Assembly: GCA_001724245.1 (NCBI GenBank)
Contig: MEDX01000034.1
Coordinates: 1 to 37,419 of the forward strand
From: Fonticula-like sp. SCN 57-25
Lineage: Eukaryota
Reading direction: 5' to 3'
DNA length: 37,419 nucleotides
The notes under the pieces are model-generated. The model worked only from the letters and a program-made list of their open reading frames with translations. It did not search any database and had not been told where the DNA came from. Of this stretch, positions 33,281 through 37,419 are shown piece by piece (position 1 is the first letter of the stretch; every line of letters starts with the position of its first letter). A program made the position numbers and the translations under genes.

Positions 33281-36200
33281 ATGATGCTTCGCAAGCTTCT
33301 CACGCGGAAGAAGCAGGACTCGCCGATCGTGTCGCATGTGGTCATGTCGAATCACGAGGAGAGCGAGTGGGACAGCACATATGCCGCGCTGCAGCAGAGC
33401 GCCGAGGTAATGCCGCACAACAAGGAGGCCGAGCAGCTGCATCATGAAAAGTACAAGCACCTGCTCAAGGCGGAGACGTCTATTTCTATGCTCAGCCGTG
33501 GCGACGGGCGGCTTCGGCATAGCGTGTTTAAACTGAATGAGGACTCGTCGCAGCTCCTCCACCGTCCCGCTGATCGGACTACGTGGGACTCGATTATGCT
33601 GTCGCAGATTAGAGAGATCCGCGCAGGGCAAAATACCCGCACATTCGAGAGCACAGGGGGGCGATTTAGGGACATGTCTGATCTCTCTCTTTCAATCATT
33701 CACGGGCAGGCGCTTGCTTCGGTCGATCTCGTCTTTCAGACGGCCGCTGACTTTGAAACCTGGTCGATCGGCCTGAGGCTCGCCGCCGCCTTTTACGACA
33801 ATGGAGACCCGATCAAGCTGTGCGTGTCGTGATTAAACTGGATCTTTATTTGCTAACGCGATGCTGGCTGTGCAGGTGGATCCGTTTGCACTGGGACAAT
33901 TTCCAAAAGCAGAACGAAAGCGCCGTCACGCTGGACGAGCTACGGTCGCTCATGTCGTTGCTCAACTTTAAAGTGCGCAAGGGAGACCCGGCGATCCAGG
34001 CCGCATTTACCGTACGTCTTTCATCACTTTCTCTCTACCTTTTTACCAACGCCTTTACAGGAAGCCGACGAGAACAAGGACAACCTGCTCGATTTTGGCG
34101 AGTTCCTGACGTTTTGCGCGTCATTAGACAAGCGCCCCGACATCCTCGAGATTTTCAAATCAATTCCAAAGGACGACGAGCTTCACCGATTCATCAATCC
34201 TATGGAGTTTTACACCTTTTTAACCACTGTGCAAAAGGAGTCGGTCACCATCGCCGAAGCCGAGTCGATGATCCGCCGCATCAATGGCCCCCAGGTCCCC
34301 CCTCACTCCGCGCACCTCCTCACGGTAGACGGTTTTGCCGAGTATCTCCTTGGGCCGACCTGTGACTTGCTGCGCCCCAGCGAGGTCCCCGACATGACGC
34401 ACCCCCTTAGCAGCTACTGGATCGCCACGTCCCACAACACGTACCTCACCGGCGACCAGCTAAAGTCGAATTCGTCCGTGGACGCCTACACGCGTAGCCT
34501 GCAGCTCGGCTGCCGATGCGTCGAACGTGCGCGCGCATATGCGGTTTTGAATGTTCTTTCTAATTTCCAATCGGCAGTTGATTCGTGGGACGGCCCAGGA
34601 AACGAGCCAATTATCACCCACGGCCACACAATGACGTCAAAGATCAGCTTTGCCAGCGTGATCCACGTCATCAAGAAATACGCGTTCCACTCGTCGCCGT
34701 ACCCGCTCATCCTCTCCTTTGAGAACCACTGCAGCATCCCGCAGCAGGTCGCAATGGCAAAGAACCTCAGCGAAATTCTTGGCGGTGCGTTTACCTTCTC
34801 TTTGCGGCGGTCCGCGCTGACGCGCCTCTACAGATGACCTCTGCGTATGGCCGTCGGATTATACCGAGCGGCGCCTTCCCTCGCCAGAGTCCCTCAAGGG
34901 CAAGATTCTTATCAAGGCCAAGACGACGACCTTTGTCGCGACGGCCAACCCCGATGAAGACTCTGACTCTGACTGGAGCGGTGACGAGGGCGACCGCTGT
35001 ACGCCCCAGCATCCACATTTAAATATGCCGCTCTAACGCGCGCGCCTTGTTAGACCCGTCCGATTCGCGCTCCATTTCCTCGCGGGACTCTGGCGACCGT
35101 CTCAACTCTGCCGACTCTGCCGCGGCGGACGCCGGCCCTCGTCGGCCGACCGACTCGCCGTCTACGTCATCAGTGACCCCCGCTGGCGACGCCCCGATAA
35201 CGGCCGTGATCCACAACCGCCGCCGCCCGTCCGTGTCGTCACCAGCGGCCTCGCTCGCTGCGTCGCTCGCGTCGATGGTCGGCCCGTCCGGCGTGCCGTC
35301 ATCGTTCAGCGAGCAGGCCATGGATGTTCCCGTAACGGCGGCGTCGACCGACTCACTCGAGTCGTCGCCGTCGTGGTTCCTTGTCCCCAAGCCCGCCGTC
35401 GACGATTCTGCCGACGCCGTTTCGGCGACGTCGCTTCCCGAGCCACGCCAGGAAGAGGCCGAGGAGCCGCTGCCCGACTCGAGCGCCGACTTTTCGCGGC
35501 GGCTGGCCGACTCGTCGCGCGACATTGCAATTCGGTCGATCACTGGCATTGGAATGCTTGCGCGCCAGGCGACGCAGTCGGCGTTTAGTACGGTCAGCTC
35601 GCACTCGGAAAAGCTCGTGCCAAGCCCAAAAATTACTGTTGCGCCAGAGCTGTGTGCCCTAGTCTTTTTTGCCGCGCGCCGTTTCAAGGGATTCAGCGAG
35701 GCGTTTTCCACATTTGCGCCAAACAACATGGTGTCGTTTTCAGAGGCAAAGATGAAGAAGCTCGGGCGCAAGCGCGGTACCGCGCTCATTGAGTGCGCCT
35801 TTTTTCTTGCTTTACTGTACTTGCTGACGTGGCAAACAAACAGGTTTAATACTCGGTACTTGCTTCGCATTTACCCCGGCGCGACGCGCGTGGACTCTTC
35901 CAACCTCGACCCGACCAAGATGTGGAAGTACGGCTGCCAGCTCGTGGCGCTCAACTACCAGACGCCAGGTGCGGTTTGTTGCCCCCTTTTTGCGTCAGCT
36001 CACCGCTCGCACAGACACTGGCATGCAGCTCAACCGCGCGCGGTTCCGCTGCGACGGCGGGTCCGGGTACATCCTCAAGCCGGACTATCTGCGGGACCCC
36101 TCGTTCGGGTTCGACCCCGTTTCCCGCAACGACATTCGCCGGCACATCAGCATAACAATCATATCGGCGCACTTTCTTCCGCGCTCGCGCGGCTCGAGGC

Positions 36201-36621
36201 TGGGCGCCGTGTCGGACTGCTACGTCGAAGTGGACATTTTTGGCACGTCATCGGACGAAGCCGCAAAGAAGCGCTCGCGCACAGTTTGTACGTTTTCCCC
36301 ACCTTTTCTCTCCCTTTTTGCCGCCATTTCCGTCTAACTCTGCGCTTGCCAGATGCCGACGGCCTCAACCCGCTCTGGAACGAGACTTTCCAGTTTAGCT
36401 TTGAGTACCCCGAGCTCACATTTGTGCGGCTGACGATCATGAGCAGCGAGGACAGCACCATCACCAACGGCGACGTGCCGCTCGGCACCTTTACGTTCTG
36501 CCTGTCGGACGCGCGGCAGGGGTACCGCCGCGTCCCTCTCGAGGAGACATTGGGCGAGATCATCCCGCAGAGCTCGATGCTGATCAAGCTGGAGCTGCTG
36601 GACGGGCAGCGCACAAAGTAA
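33281..36621 (+). CDS. PLC: Phosphoinositide-specific phospholipase C (PH-EF-X-Y-C2, delta-like architecture)
   Basis: PH (IREIRAGQNT...LSIIHG...VDLV...W), EF hands (DENKDNLLDFGEF), X box DMTHPLSSYWIATSHNTYLTGDQL...GCRCVE.DSWDG...THGHTMTS...SFENHCS, Y box LRIYP...DSSN.DP...GCQLVALNYQT, C2 domain ...GYRRVPL. In-frame upstream ATGs exist (first at 33131); 33281 is preferred on Kozak context and CCAAT position. Confidence 0.95.
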
Positions 36622-36760
36622 GCCCCGGGAGCGGTTTCTATATTATCATATGGCTATATATTCTTTTGATATTTTCGTTGTACATACAAGGGTTTGCGCA
36701 TTCAATGTAACCATTTATGCCCATATGCTATTATGCGTATTATGCCGATTATGCTTGTTG

Positions 36761-37419
36761 TTAGACCCGCTCATCAACGATGCGAATGACCTGACTCAAA
36801 TTAGAAAACACACGTTTTTAAAACGATGCGCACCTTTGTAGAGTGCGCTGTGCGACGGAGGGCACTCTGCTTGACGGCGCGCACCCGAAAGTAAAATTGC
36901 GCGTCTCCAATACTCAGCAAAGTGGCCAGCTTGTCTAGCAGGTCCTTGTGCGCCGACACAATTCCCTTTGTATCTACCGCGCCATTCAGCAACCATAACA
37001 TACTATTCCCTTTCGCGCACAGTATTCGCTTGGCCTCGATGGCTCTCCGTCCAAAAAAACGTACTCTGACGCTTCCAATTCGGCGTCGTCCGCGCGAACA
37101 ATGACAAAGTCAACATAGTCATAATTGTCGGCGCGCGTCAGCACGATTTGATAGTCGAGCGCGTGCTGCAGGATGGTCGGCTCAATGTCGCCGAGGTCAA
37201 TATAGTCAGAGGCAATCTGAAACGACGACGAGACGCGATTCCTGAATCTGGACCAAAGTGAGAATGTCGCGCAATATCACTTTGGTCGCGTACTGCAGCA
37301 CCTTATACGCGCCGGGGTCGACTCCTGCTTTTTTTGCCAGCTCGACGTCGATCGGCACGATGCTGCCGACGTCGCCCGTGCGGTACCTCACGACCGGGTT
37401 CTTCCACCGCCTACCAACC
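36761..37419 (-). CDS. 3' part of a phenylacetate-CoA ligase (PaaK)-like adenylate-forming enzyme, truncated by the window edge
   Basis: Spliced translation RWKNPVVRYRTGDVG...DYQIVL...RVRAVKQSALRRTAHSTK|VIRIVDERV*. P-x-x-RYRTGD and the terminal K-x-x-R-x-x-D-x-R are PaaK/CapK-family hallmarks. Three short GT-AG introns in the visible part (last at 36791-36833). Confidence 0.7.

Noticed and set aside
1-37419. CRISPR array, tRNA, rRNA or telomeric repeats
   Set aside because: No regularly spaced direct repeats, cloverleaf with T-loop, rRNA signatures or TTAGGG arrays were seen. The sequence is eukaryotic nuclear DNA.

Overview
Gene-dense, GC-rich eukaryotic nuclear DNA, not prokaryotic. Introns are mostly about 43-95 nt, with GTACG/GTGCG donors, a CTRAC-type branch point and YAG acceptors. 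The gene content points to a unicellular opisthokont: a Cdc12-type septin together with an IP3 receptor, RTEL1, RAB3GAP1 and HSBP1. After about 4 kb of lower-GC, unassigned sequence, the genes in order are: PH-domain protein (-), RTEL1 helicase with C-terminal RING (+), septin (-), eIF2B-alpha (+), TMEM230/134-like 2-TM protein (-), NUDT1/MTH1 (-), orphan acidic protein (+), mid-SUN (SLP1/SUCO-like) protein (-), HSBP1 (+), RAB3GAP1 (+), tandem-CWCH2 zinc finger + PHD protein (-), a 74-aa acidic protein (+), a full-length IP3 receptor (-), a PI-specific phospholipase C (+), and the 3' end of a PaaK-like adenylate-forming enzyme (-). The most striking feature is that the IP3-producing enzyme (PLC) and the IP3-gated Ca2+ channel (IP3R) sit head-to-head about 430 bp apart, a possible co-regulated signalling gene pair. 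Two intergenic stretches and one oversized intron are stem-loop rich and may hold ncRNAs. All gene models were spliced by eye, and family comparisons are from memory without database searches.
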